In this document: one piece after another, positions 9,106-19,461 of the stretch
Numbering within the stretch: position 1 is the first letter of the stretch
Layout of the letters: each line of letters opens with the position of its first letter
Source: a virus
Length of the DNA: 64,000 nucleotides
Reading direction: 5' to 3' (one strand)
Virus record (IMG/VR): IMGVR_UViG_3300029812_000326
Location: 1 to 64,000 of that record
The notes under the pieces: generated by a model
The model's database searches: none
The model's input: the letters and a program-made list of their open reading frames with translations, nothing else
Told to the model about the DNA's origin: nothing
Program-made: the position numbers and the translations under genes

Positions 9106-10974
9106 ATGTCACTTGAAAAATCAGAAGCCAGAAAAAAATTAACACTATTAAAAACTTTAACTCCGGAACAATTAAAATCCGCGAAATTAACACTTCGCGA
9201 TATAGATTATTTGGAAACATTGTTGGATCCAATGAAATGGGCGAAAACGAATCTTAAAAATCCAGAGGATCCAAATAAGAATTTTGTACCCTATGTAACC
9301 CAAGAATATATTCTTGCAGAAGAATCTTCTAAAGTTGCGGTAAGAACTTCGAGACGTACCGGAAAAACGGTTGGAATAGCAGCGAAAGCTGTTTATTTAG
9401 CCTATACTGAACCTAATACTCCTATCTTGTTTATAGCACCATATCAAGCTCAAATCCAAGAAATTTTTACGGATATACACGCACTAATTTCGGATACTTC
9501 TTTACGACAGTCCATAAAACGATCTTCTGAACATCCTTTTTATCAAATTCATTTAAAAAATGGTTCTAAAATATTTGGAATGACTGCTGGGGCTAAATCA
9601 AATAGAAGAGGTACGGTTGTTCGGGGTCAGGGAGCAAAATATATTTTTCTAGATGAATTTGATTTTCTTCCAGAAGATGCAATTGCTGCAACTTTGATTA
9701 TTATGAAATCTAGAAAACATTCGCGACTATTTGTAACATCTAATCCTTCTGGCGCGCGTTCATATTTTTATCAATGGTGCACATTTCCGGAAAAACATGG
9801 ATTTGCCACCAAACACTTTGGCAAGGACTATATACCAAATTGGACAGAAGAAGATGATAAATTTTATAAAGAAAATTATTCCATAAACGCATGGAACAGA
9901 GAAATCCTTGGGGAATTTGGCGAAGAAATGGTTGGAGTGTTTCCCCATCGATTTGTAGATCTTTCGCTATTTGAATATGATTATGATGCGCTGGCATATA
10001 ATCAGCAAAATGAATATGTCATAGGAGTAGATTGGAATTCGTCTCAAGTAGGAACAAAAATAATTGTTTTGGAATATATTAGGAATAAAGTTCCAACTCA
10101 ATCCGATAAATTATTTTTGAAAACTGTTAATGGGACAAGAAGTGAATTAAACTTACGGGAAAAAGTTAAAAAATATGATAAATTGAATTGGGACTATTTT
10201 ATAAATAGATACCGCATATTCAGAATATATTCAATTGAAGGACAAGAATTCACTCAAAATGCTGCTGTTGATATGATTCTTCAATTATATAAAAAATATA
10301 ATCCGATATTTATATATGTTGATCAAGGATATGGAGACGTTCAAATAGAATTATTGCGCAAAAAAGCTATTGAATGGAAAGACGACGCCCTTACTAAAAA
10401 AATTCATGGATGCAATTTTAGTAGTACCATAGATGTCAAGGATCCATGGACAAATAAAATACTGAAAAAGCGTCTCAAAAATTTCATGGTCAATTTATCC
10501 GTTCGGACTTTTGAAGGATATCAACTTGCACTCCCATATTCGGAAGATAATAAAGGATTATTAGTTGGTCAAATAAGGGATTATCGCGTTACAAAGGAAG
10601 GCGCAACTCCGACATATTCCTCCGGGAACGATCATTATTTGGATGCTTTCATGCTAGCAATTTTAGGATTTGAATCCAATTTTGGAGATCTTTCTTCTGT
10701 TGCTAGAAAAAATGAGCCGATCATAATTCGGAAATCTAATATTCCGATTATGATACATCCCGAAGGAAGAGAAAATAAAATTATGTCTCCAGCCGCTCAT
10801 GATGGTTTGTTGAAACCATTTGCTGACAGAATGGGGCTTCCATACGAATATAAAGAAGGAATAGTGCCGGATTCAACATCAAAAACAAAAATAAAGCATT
10901 TTAGAAAACCAATCAATCGGAGATTTACTGCAGTTCAAAAAGGAAGATGGCCACATTCTCGTTTAATGCCATAA
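9106..10974 (+). CDS. terL: Terminase large subunit
   Basis: Walker A SRRTGKT, Walker B IFLDEFD, TSNP coupling motif, IGVDW and DHYLDA nuclease motifs. Confidence 0.93.
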   Translation: MSLEKSEARKKLTLLKTLTPEQLKSAKLTLRDIDYLETLLDPMKWAKTNLKNPEDPNKNFVPYVTQEYILAEESSKVAVRTSRRTGKTVGIAAKAVYLAYTEPNTPILFIAPYQAQIQEIFTDIHALISDTSLRQSIKRSSEHPFYQIHLKNGSKIFGMTAGAKSNRRGTVVRGQGAKYIFLDEFDFLPEDAIAATLIIMKSRKHSRLFVTSNPSGARSYFYQWCTFPEKHGFATKHFGKDYIPNWTEEDDKFYKENYSINAWNREILGEFGEEMVGVFPHRFVDLSLFEYDYDALAYNQQNEYVIGVDWNSSQVGTKIIVLEYIRNKVPTQSDKLFLKTVNGTRSELNLREKVKKYDKLNWDYFINRYRIFRIYSIEGQEFTQNAAVDMILQLYKKYNPIFIYVDQGYGDVQIELLRKKAIEWKDDALTKKIHGCNFSSTIDVKDPWTNKILKKRLKNFMVNLSVRTFEGYQLALPYSEDNKGLLVGQIRDYRVTKEGATPTYSSGNDHYLDAFMLAILGFESNFGDLSSVARKNEPIIIRKSNIPIMIHPEGRENKIMSPAAHDGLLKPFADRMGLPYEYKEGIVPDSTSKTKIKHFRKPINRRFTAVQKGRWPHSRLMP

Positions 10975-12890
10975 TTAAATCTATCAAATCCTTCAGAAAA
11001 AATCCGGAGTATAATAAGAAAAATACTCTTGAAAATGAATCTGAACGGAAACGGTGGATTACAGAGGGAAATAAAAAAGAAATTACTAGGTTAACAAGTC
11101 CCTCTATAAAAACGATTCATCTGGTTGCCGATGAATCGCCCGCGGAAATAAATAAAAAACGCAGAGACGAAAAACGATTATCTAAAATAAATTCTGCGAA
11201 ACGATTAATTAAATCTATTGACAATAAATTTAATAATATAGAAAAGTTAATTAACGATTGTGTACAATTTTATATACTATTTGATCCTGACAAATATCCC
11301 TTGGTGTCCGACGCAGTTTCGTTTTTTAGCGATGGAAAAAAAAGTAATTTTATTGATTGGAATACATATACTAAAGCTAAAAATAATTATTTTGTGGAAT
11401 TAAAAAGAATCGGAAAGCAATATTCAAAAACGATGCGGGAAGATGGTCCTACTGTCATGTCGATTACGCAGCAAGCCGATAAACTCAAAAAAACAAATGT
11501 AATATTGTTGGCATTTAAAGTTTTATTGGAACATTTGGAAAAATGGTTTTGGGGACTTCCTATTGTTAAGCAAATATGTAAAATTAAAATCGCGGGAAAA
11601 CGGCTGTTTAAATGTGATAAAAAAAGAAGCGCCTATACGGGACGAGATGGACAATTGTATATTCCAAAATCTTATGTTTCGAGTTCTAGTTTGCAAGATG
11701 CCGAATTACTTGTTTCCAGTGCCAAATATATATTAGAATATGTGCGGGGCGCAGCTTCGGAAGAAGAAGAATATATTGAAGCCGAATGGGGAAAAAATAA
11801 ACAAATTTTTTTGATTAGTTATTTAATTGAACCGATCAAAATGGTTTTTACCAATTCTGCTCATATAGCTTCTGGAATAACAAATGATGAAAAAGTTACT
11901 GACATTGGATCTCAATCTTTGTTTTATTCACCAGAATTCCAAGCTGCTACGGCTAAAATTTCAGCAGATTCCAAAGATCTAGATTTGCTTTTACATGGTG
12001 AATATTTAGAAGAGTTAGATAGGATATTGGGCAGAATTATTAAAATATTACATGGATGGTATTTAGATCCGAGAACATATTGCTGTTTAATTAATGCATT
12101 TGGAGGAATCAATCGGGCAGTGCCAGAATGGCTAAAAACTATCAAGTATGTTTTAGGCGCTGGAATGATTTTTTGTGAATTGGAAAGAGATTTAAATGAA
12201 AAGAAATTAACCAATATTCTGAATTTGCTAATTACCAGTGCAACCGGCTCTATAGTTAATTCATTAGGTAATTTCCTTAAAGGATGGGTCAAAAAAAATG
12301 AAATAAAATTTATGAGATCTTTTTTGATCAATAAATCAAAATTTATGAAATGTTTACCATTTGACCAATTAATAACTGAATTCGGTTTTTTCTTTGATGA
12401 AATGATTAATGATTTGGAACATCTTTTAAGACAATATACAGAATATCTCACAGTTTCGAATTTAAATTTTGGAATATATATAGGTAATATAGAAAGGAAA
12501 CAAAGACTTCAAATATTATATGAATTTATAGATCGGTTTACTAATGCATGGGAATGGGGCTATATATGTTCCGAAAATATTTCAAAATCGGATATAAGAT
12601 CAACGATAGACAAGAAAAAATATGATCCTCCAAGAACAAACGCCGATGTCACAATATATGATAAAGATCCGGATGGAAATTTCACGTTGGAAAAAGCGAT
12701 AACACAGCCATCTGTATCCAAAAGTGAAGCAAATTATTTCTTAAAACATATTTTGAATGCCGATCAAACTGTGATTGATGAAGTTATGGCAATATATGAT
12801 GATCCAAATCAAATTGCAAAATGTATAGAAGGATGGGAATCGCAAGATATTGAGATTTTGAGATCCCAAGTGAATAAACTTATAAAATGA
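10947..12890 (+). CDS. Hypothetical protein between terminase and portal
   Basis: 647-aa ORF overlapping the terL end; no motif recognised. Confidence 0.6.
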   Translation: MATFSFNAIIKSIKSFRKNPEYNKKNTLENESERKRWITEGNKKEITRLTSPSIKTIHLVADESPAEINKKRRDEKRLSKINSAKRLIKSIDNKFNNIEKLINDCVQFYILFDPDKYPLVSDAVSFFSDGKKSNFIDWNTYTKAKNNYFVELKRIGKQYSKTMREDGPTVMSITQQADKLKKTNVILLAFKVLLEHLEKWFWGLPIVKQICKIKIAGKRLFKCDKKRSAYTGRDGQLYIPKSYVSSSSLQDAELLVSSAKYILEYVRGAASEEEEYIEAEWGKNKQIFLISYLIEPIKMVFTNSAHIASGITNDEKVTDIGSQSLFYSPEFQAATAKISADSKDLDLLLHGEYLEELDRILGRIIKILHGWYLDPRTYCCLINAFGGINRAVPEWLKTIKYVLGAGMIFCELERDLNEKKLTNILNLLITSATGSIVNSLGNFLKGWVKKNEIKFMRSFLINKSKFMKCLPFDQLITEFGFFFDEMINDLEHLLRQYTEYLTVSNLNFGIYIGNIERKQRLQILYEFIDRFTNAWEWGYICSENISKSDIRSTIDKKKYDPPRTNADVTIYDKDPDGNFTLEKAITQPSVSKSEANYFLKHILNADQTVIDEVMAIYDDPNQIAKCIEGWESQDIEILRSQVNKLIK

Positions 12891-12955
12891 ACAAGAAATG
12901 GTCCAAAAAATATAGTGATTATTGCTTAAAATTAAGATTTATGTTGCGAAAGTGA
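12887..12955 (+). pseudogene. HNH N-terminal stub
   Basis: MNKKWSKKYSDYC resembles the starts of 59623 (MKKWSQKYGDCC) and 62743 (MKKWSKKYDCC). Confidence 0.65.
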
Positions 12956-12960
12956 ATAAT

Positions 12961-12972
12961 TTGAACTATAAC
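12961..12972 (+). promoter_or_regulatory. Motif TTGAACTATAAC, copy 2
   Basis: Exact 12-mer in the spacer before the portal gene. Confidence 0.55.
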
Positions 12973-13108
12973 TTGAGTGAATTGACGAAAATTGATCTAA
13001 TTCAAGATATTTGGTATCGAAATTATTTGAAATAGGAACGGCGTAAGCCATTTATTGTCTACTATAAATCTACATGAGTTTATCTTACTTTTTTTCCAAC
13101 GAGGGATA

Positions 13109-13150
13109 ATGCCATATAAAGATCCAAAAAAACGAAAAGAATATCTATGA
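13109..13150 (+). pseudogene. HNH N-terminal stub MPYKDPKKRKEYL
   Basis: First 37 nt identical to 48302-48338. Confidence 0.7.
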
Positions 13151-13169
13151 TCACATAGTTTAAAAGCGA

Positions 13170-14594
13170 ATGAAAAAATTCTTTATCTTCAATCCAAAAC
13201 AAAAGATCCGCGACAAAGTAAGAAAAAGGCAATCAGCAGTCGGAAAATTTCTACAGTCTCTTGCAACTAAATTCCAACGATCCAAATTCGAATCTCCTGA
13301 ATATAATTTTTTTATTATCAGAGATGCTCTTAATGAAGAAAGTTTATTCCGGAGAGCCATCGATAAATATCAGGAACAAATTTGGAAATACGGATGGAAA
13401 TTCAGCGGGAAAAACGCAAAAACTCTTAAATTGGTTAAAAAACGATTCAGAGAAATGGAAGTTGTTACTGGCATTTCCACTCAGGAATTGTTTGAAAGAA
13501 TTAGTAGACAGCTTATCACGTTTTCCAATTGCATGGTTGTAAAAGTTAGGAACAAAAATTCCACCTCAGCCCATGCTTATAGAACATTTGACGGAAAGCT
13601 GCGGCAGCCAGTTGCCGGATATTTTGTTCAACCTATGGAATATATGCAAATTCATCGGGATGAATCAGGAAATATTAAAAAATATCGATTAGGTTCCGAT
13701 CCCGAAAAAGAATGGGTTCCGGAAGATGTTGTACACATATTAGTTCATAAACATGAGGGTTATGCATTTGGAACTCCTATGGTTGTACCAGTAATGGATG
13801 ATATCTTATCATTAAGGCAAGTTGAAGAAAACCTTCAAATTCTGGTGTTTCAACACGCTATACCTCTTTATCATTTCATAGTTGGTGATGATAATGATGA
13901 AGGACATCCGGATGAAATTACTGAATTGAATGTTCAACTTGAACGGATGCCAACATATGGTTCTCTTACAACCACGAATAGAGTAAAAATTGACGTATTG
14001 GGCGCTCAACGAGAATCTATGGATTTGGAACCCATACTCGACTATTGGATAAATAGAGTTTTGGGTGGATTCGGAATGTCGAGCGTTTCCTTCGGCCGAC
14101 CAGATACAGCAAATAGAGGGACGGCTACTACTGTAATTAAAGAATTTCAGACAACTACTGCAATGTTCCAGCGCGCTATTAAACGAGCAGTGGAATTTTA
14201 TATGATTCGCGAAATTTTAGAAGAGGCTGGATATAGTTATTTAACTCTCAAAGATCGGGACAGAGTTGAACTTTATATCCCGGAAGTTGATCTTGATGAA
14301 CAAATGAAAAGAGAAGTTCATGCCGCTTATAAATATGAACATAATTCGATTAGTGAAGACGAAATGCGGGCTGAATTGGGAATGGATCCTATTGGTAACG
14401 AAAATCGGAAATCCATGTATGTATGGCTCGTAAGAGTTCCACTGGCATTGGTTGGAGCTGGGGATGAAACACTAGGCAGTTATCCTATTCTCTCAGAAAT
14501 TTATGGAATTGGTTCTGCGGAGACTGATAATAAAGAATCTCCAGCTAATCAATTTGGACGGAAAAAAACAAAAGGAAAAACAAAGAACGATTAA
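13170..14594 (+). CDS. Portal protein
   Basis: Position after terL; WVPEDVVHI..AFGTP, TANRGTA, ISEDEMRAELGMDP. Confidence 0.85.
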   Translation: MKKFFIFNPKQKIRDKVRKRQSAVGKFLQSLATKFQRSKFESPEYNFFIIRDALNEESLFRRAIDKYQEQIWKYGWKFSGKNAKTLKLVKKRFREMEVVTGISTQELFERISRQLITFSNCMVVKVRNKNSTSAHAYRTFDGKLRQPVAGYFVQPMEYMQIHRDESGNIKKYRLGSDPEKEWVPEDVVHILVHKHEGYAFGTPMVVPVMDDILSLRQVEENLQILVFQHAIPLYHFIVGDDNDEGHPDEITELNVQLERMPTYGSLTTTNRVKIDVLGAQRESMDLEPILDYWINRVLGGFGMSSVSFGRPDTANRGTATTVIKEFQTTTAMFQRAIKRAVEFYMIREILEEAGYSYLTLKDRDRVELYIPEVDLDEQMKREVHAAYKYEHNSISEDEMRAELGMDPIGNENRKSMYVWLVRVPLALVGAGDETLGSYPILSEIYGIGSAETDNKESPANQFGRKKTKGKTKND

Positions 14595-14622
14595 CTATTC
14601 TATGAAAGAGAGGTGATGGCGT

Positions 14623-16200
14623 ATTTTTATCAGAGAATCCTACAGGTTTGGCAAGGAACATATTGTCCATGCGAAATCCAGTGTTAAGGTAACTGACGGG
14701 GTCTACCCGGATCGACTCCGAGTTATGGTGCCTGGCACTCATGGCGGGTTTGTCAATAAAAATGGATATTTTTATAAAGTTGACGGCATGAAAAAAGCTT
14801 ATAAATCTTGGGTATCTCCATATAAAAAGCCAGTATTAGTTGGTCATGGAGATAATTTAGATCCAATAGGCCGAGTTGTCGCTGCGGAATTGATAGAAGA
14901 TGATCCCATGGATTATGTGAATAAATTTGGACGAACGGATAATATTCCTGCCGCACATATAGATATGGAACTCGAAATTACAGATCAAGAAAGCATCAGA
15001 AAAATATTAGATGGCGTATATCTTACAGTTTCTCAAGGCGCGGATTGCGACGATGTAAAATGTTCAATTTGTGACCAAAATATTGGCGAAGATGGACCAT
15101 GTGATCATAAAAGAGGAAAAATGTACGATGGAAAATTGGCATACTGGATCTTTGGTCCATTGAATTATCAGGAACTTAGTATTGTTAATGTTCCTTCTGA
15201 CGAATTCGCTATCTTAGAACCTGTAAAAAATACTAATATGGAAAAACAAGAAGTTATGACTTTTCAGCCGCCAGCAATGGATATGAACTGCGGTTTGGAA
15301 TTCGTAATAATCAAAGATTCAAAGGAGGGCAAGTCAGTGCCAAAGGAGACTCCGTGTTTTGATGATTGGGCTGATGAAGATTTGAAGATGTGCCAAGAAA
15401 TATGGAAACAGGTTGACGAATTCTTGATGGATGGCTTGGATGAGAACGATAAAAAACTCACAACCGCCGCAAGGAAAAAATTACCTGCTAATGTATTTTG
15501 TGGACCCGACAGATCTTTTCCAGTTCCAGATTGCCTTCATTATCGCGTGGCCAAAACATATCTTGGAAGATATAAAGGTCCAGGCGATAAGAAGAAAATT
15601 TTGGCTTGCATTGAGCGGCGCGGTAAACTCCTGGGCTGCGGGAAATGGGCAAAGAAAAAAGATGAACTTTTGGATCAAGTCAGCGAAGAAATAAGACCTT
15701 TCGTAAAAGAAAATTTCGTCGCAAAGGACGAATTTGTTGAACTGAACGAAAAGTTCGAAGACATTTCCGCAAAACAAGAAGAGTCTACCGAAGAAGTGAA
15801 AGCAAAACAAGCTAAGATTGAAGAACTCGAAAAACAGGTAGGCGAGTTCGAAGATGAAAAGAAGAAATATGAGTCCGAAGTCAAAGATTCTTTATCTCGT
15901 AGGATTGTAGATATCCGAATTCTTTTTGGTGAATATCAATTCACCGATGACGATAAAGAAAAGCAATATAAGGAATGGTGTGATACATTGTTGGAAAGAA
16001 CTAACGAATCTTTGCAGGATGCACTAGTTGATCTACAAAGTACGATGTTTTCCAAGAAATTGGAACCAATTATTGATCCTGGCGCTCATATTACGATAGA
16101 CAATCATGTACCTACCAGCAAAGAAAGACCAAAAAAATTCGATTCTAATAAGGATGTCTTACATTTTTATGTATTTGGAAAAGAACTGAATAAAAAATAA
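14623..16200 (+). CDS. Prohead protease/scaffold fusion (probable ATT start at 14623; first in-frame ATG 14725)
   Basis: THGGFVNKNG, KPVLVGH..PIGRV, LTVSQG, ELSIVNVPSD protease motifs; CSIC..CDH insert; DUF6582-like RKKLP..FCGPDRSFPVPD; acidic coiled-coil C-terminus. Confidence 0.85.
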   Translation: MFIRESYRFGKEHIVHAKSSVKVTDGVYPDRLRVMVPGTHGGFVNKNGYFYKVDGMKKAYKSWVSPYKKPVLVGHGDNLDPIGRVVAAELIEDDPMDYVNKFGRTDNIPAAHIDMELEITDQESIRKILDGVYLTVSQGADCDDVKCSICDQNIGEDGPCDHKRGKMYDGKLAYWIFGPLNYQELSIVNVPSDEFAILEPVKNTNMEKQEVMTFQPPAMDMNCGLEFVIIKDSKEGKSVPKETPCFDDWADEDLKMCQEIWKQVDEFLMDGLDENDKKLTTAARKKLPANVFCGPDRSFPVPDCLHYRVAKTYLGRYKGPGDKKKILACIERRGKLLGCGKWAKKKDELLDQVSEEIRPFVKENFVAKDEFVELNEKFEDISAKQEESTEEVKAKQAKIEELEKQVGEFEDEKKKYESEVKDSLSRRIVDIRILFGEYQFTDDDKEKQYKEWCDTLLERTNESLQDALVDLQSTMFSKKLEPIIDPGAHITIDNHVPTSKERPKKFDSNKDVLHFYVFGKELNKK

Positions 16201-16230
16201 AATTTAACTACTAAAGGAGGAAAGCTAGTA

Positions 16231-17526
16231 ATGTCCTTACTTGATTTCCCAGGAAATAGATCAAGAAATATTCCTACGCGGCGAAGACCAGATAAATATG
16301 CGGAAAGTCAGATACGTCCAAATATTTTGACTTCGCCCGGAATTTTTGCTGATCGCCCGTTCCCTCCTTACAAATATCTGCCTGTGATGTTCAAAGATGT
16401 CACAACCGAAGACTATGTTGTACTGCTTAAAGGAACTATTGTTTCTTGTCTGTCCAACATGAGCTCAGATCCTAAATATAATTTTACGGATCAGGCGGAA
16501 TTGTCAGGAAAGTTTGATCTTATGACACCATCTGGTTGTGCTGATGAAGGCCATATTTATGTTGGCATTGGCGCAAACAATGTCATGAGGCAAGCGGGCG
16601 TAGATAGCTCTTACTGGGGCTACGAGGATAGTCAGGCTGGTTTACTCGTTCCTTGTAATGGAGGATTCAATTCCCAATTGCTGTATACCACTGATGACGT
16701 TGCTGCCCAAACGATTACGGTTTCTGGTACTGTGACTACTACTGTTGATGTAGGTAATGAGTATACACTTCCATTGGAAGCCAATTTTCCAATCGGCGTT
16801 ACATATCAGGATGTGTACGCAGATATTGAAGGAAAATGGCTAAATTACAATTTGAATCCGAAAGCATCATGGGGCGTTGTATTTGACCATGTCATTGCAG
16901 TTCCTTATGTCGATAACTTTCAACTATATGCCGGTGAAGGTGCACATCCTTCTTGGACTGTAAATTGTTATGTAGATGATTTAAACCTCGATGGTACGTG
17001 GCCATGGGAAACTGATGCTACTAACCCAACTTGGCACAATATCTATGAGAGTCTAAGAAAAGAATTTGCGTTCCTATATTCTCCTGTTTTAGTTGATGAA
17101 ACTACCGATAAAACGCTGTTTTATAAGCTGCTGCGCCCTGGAAGCGCATTGACTTCTGACCGTTTTGGTAAATTCCAACTGCTGGATTGCAGTGGTCATG
17201 AATCAAGCTCGAGTCCGGAAAATGGACCTAGGGGCGCATTGGACTTGTATTTCTGCCCAGCTTATCAATTTGTCGGGAAACTTATTACTACCGATTGCAG
17301 ATTTCCAAAAATGCGATTGGATACGGTAGATACGTATCCAGGCTCTGGACTTACCGGAACTGAAACCGGCGGAATAGATTATCACTTATATCAATTTGCA
17401 TATACTATACTGACTGCATGCATCGCTGCCAATGGTTTGACTGATATTCCAACCATTGACGACGTTGTAGAATTCATAAAATGCGGTACTGTAGGATTGG
17501 CCTACATTAACCTTCAAGTAGCATAA
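16231..17526 (+). CDS. Capsid-associated (decoration/cement-like) protein
   Basis: Strong AAAGGAGG RBS; between scaffold and MCP; YVVLLKGTIVS, FPIGV, VGKLI. Confidence 0.55.
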   Translation: MSLLDFPGNRSRNIPTRRRPDKYAESQIRPNILTSPGIFADRPFPPYKYLPVMFKDVTTEDYVVLLKGTIVSCLSNMSSDPKYNFTDQAELSGKFDLMTPSGCADEGHIYVGIGANNVMRQAGVDSSYWGYEDSQAGLLVPCNGGFNSQLLYTTDDVAAQTITVSGTVTTTVDVGNEYTLPLEANFPIGVTYQDVYADIEGKWLNYNLNPKASWGVVFDHVIAVPYVDNFQLYAGEGAHPSWTVNCYVDDLNLDGTWPWETDATNPTWHNIYESLRKEFAFLYSPVLVDETTDKTLFYKLLRPGSALTSDRFGKFQLLDCSGHESSSSPENGPRGALDLYFCPAYQFVGKLITTDCRFPKMRLDTVDTYPGSGLTGTETGGIDYHLYQFAYTILTACIAANGLTDIPTIDDVVEFIKCGTVGLAYINLQVA

Positions 17527-17541
17527 AGGAGGCTAGCAATA

Positions 17542-18915
17542 ATGTCCGTAAAAACACTGGATAAATTGATTCTTACTGATGATGAACGAAAACAGCTTGT
17601 CAAGGATCAAGAAATTACAGAAAATATATATCGCATCTTTACAAATGATGGATATATAGTTGACGCTGGCTTCTCTCAGAAGGTTACGATTAAAGATCTT
17701 TTGACATTACCTGATGTCCAAAGATTCGTACCTCAAGTTGTTACCAGGATTCTTCATGAAGCCCGGGAACCAGCCCTTGTTATTTCGAGTATTTTTGATA
17801 GGGTTCGACTTGAGAGAGGCCAAACTATTCAAATCGGCGCCATTGGCGCAATAGCTGTTCATGAAGTACCCGAAGGTGGAGAATACCAAACATCTGATAT
17901 CGTATACGATTCCGGGAATATGGTAGGACTTTCTGTCAGAAAATATGGAACTTTGCTTCAATTTACTGAAGAAATGTTCGAAGATTCCCAATGGGATGTA
18001 ATAGGACTTTGGATGAGAGCAGCTGGTCGTGCTTTTGCTCGGAATAGAGAGCAAAGGGCTTCTCTGCTTTTGAATGAACAAGGAGTTGTATATTTCGATA
18101 ACCGAACGCCTGGTACTGCTATTTCTGGCGTGACCCATGGTAGGAATATCGCGGGTGCCGCAAATGGTAGTATCACAGCGAACGATATATTCGATATGTA
18201 TGCATTTCTTGCTATGAGAAATTTTGTACCCGATACTCTTTTGATTCACCCACTAGCTTGGGCGGTTTTCGCAACCGATCCTGAAATGAAAGAAGTTGTC
18301 CTGGAAAATGGTCGGCTTACTTCCAGACGGATGCCGGAAGGTGGACCAGATCCAGGTTGGGGAACAGAGTTGAACAAACTCGGATGGAGAACTACAGCTG
18401 AAGGTCTTGGCTTAGGTTCTACCGCAGGAGCAGGTACTGCGTATGCGGGTGCGCCAGCAGCAGCTCATGTGCCTCCAGGTCTTGCAGCATTGGGAAAAAT
18501 TGGATCTTATCCATACACTTCATATTTGAGCGCTCTTGGGGCTACATTCCACGTTCAACCCCGCTATCTGCCCGGCCCTTTGACCGTTCTCGTGTCTCCA
18601 TTTGTTCCATTTACTGCATCGACTGGTGCATCTGGTAATGAGAATACCGTTGCCACATGTTCGCTGATCATGTTGGATTCCAATGCAGTTGGAGCTTTCA
18701 TTGAGAAAACTCCGCTGACCACGGAGGAGTTCAATGATCCATTGAGGGATACTCGGAGCATGAAACTAAGAGAACGTTGGGGATTGGCACTCTATGAACA
18801 AGGTAAAGGCGTTGTGATTGCTAAGAATGTCGTTGTTACTAGACATTATAATTTCCAGAATGTCAACAATGCAACTGTAACCGAAATCAACGATAGAAGT
18901 GCAATCGTCACGTAA
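17542..18915 (+). CDS. Major capsid protein (HK97 fold)
   Basis: EVPEGGEY, RKYG..FTEEMFEDSQWD, PDTLLIHP, KLRERWG; strong RBS; followed by a terminator. Confidence 0.9.
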   Translation: MSVKTLDKLILTDDERKQLVKDQEITENIYRIFTNDGYIVDAGFSQKVTIKDLLTLPDVQRFVPQVVTRILHEAREPALVISSIFDRVRLERGQTIQIGAIGAIAVHEVPEGGEYQTSDIVYDSGNMVGLSVRKYGTLLQFTEEMFEDSQWDVIGLWMRAAGRAFARNREQRASLLLNEQGVVYFDNRTPGTAISGVTHGRNIAGAANGSITANDIFDMYAFLAMRNFVPDTLLIHPLAWAVFATDPEMKEVVLENGRLTSRRMPEGGPDPGWGTELNKLGWRTTAEGLGLGSTAGAGTAYAGAPAAAHVPPGLAALGKIGSYPYTSYLSALGATFHVQPRYLPGPLTVLVSPFVPFTASTGASGNENTVATCSLIMLDSNAVGAFIEKTPLTTEEFNDPLRDTRSMKLRERWGLALYEQGKGVVIAKNVVVTRHYNFQNVNNATVTEINDRSAIVT

Positions 18916-18925
18916 ATATACCGAT

Positions 18926-18958
18926 AAAAGGGGGTGGGTTGACTACTCGCCCCCTTTT
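18926..18958 (+). terminator. Intrinsic terminator after MCP
   Basis: AAAAGGGGGTGGGT-TGACT-ACTCGCCCCCTTTT hairpin with T-tract. Confidence 0.85.
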
Positions 18959-18987
18959 ATCAATAACGACTGGAGGAAATAGCCACA

Positions 18988-19455
18988 ATGGAAGAGAATA
19001 TGAAACTTCAAGGAAAAACTGTTCAGCTTAATACTAGACGAGAAGGAATATTTTATGATCCTTTATCTGGACTTAAGCTGGATATTTTTGATAAAGGGAC
19101 ATATGCAACAATCCCTGGAAATATGGAAGATGAAAAATTAGAAAATATTAAGCGAGGATTACAGTTTGGTATTTTATTTTTGAAAGAAAATGCACCAAAA
19201 ATTGTCATTGATAATGATGAAAAGAGAAAAGAGTTAAGAAATATATTATCAATGAGCGTAGATGCAGTCAGGAATAGAATATATAAGATTAATGATCAAA
19301 AACTTCTGGAATTTTTGATGCAAGAAGAAGAAGCCAGTAAAAACAGAATTTCGATCATTAAATTGATAAAACAAAGAAAATCGACATTGGCTGGTGGGAA
19401 TATAACAAGCAGAAAAGAAGCAAAATTTCAAGTTAAAAATATCGTGGAGAAATAA
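18988..19455 (+). CDS. Hypothetical protein
   Basis: GGAGG RBS; C-terminal LMQEEEASKNRISII helix typical of post-capsid phage genes. Confidence 0.6.
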   Translation: MEENMKLQGKTVQLNTRREGIFYDPLSGLKLDIFDKGTYATIPGNMEDEKLENIKRGLQFGILFLKENAPKIVIDNDEKRKELRNILSMSVDAVRNRIYKINDQKLLEFLMQEEEASKNRISIIKLIKQRKSTLAGGNITSRKEAKFQVKNIVEK

Positions 19456-19461
19456 GAAAAT

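Noticed and set aside
12961-12972. Motif resembles the 23S rRNA I-CeuI site (TAACTATAACGG)
   Set aside because: Only AACTATAAC is shared and no rRNA-like sequence flanks it
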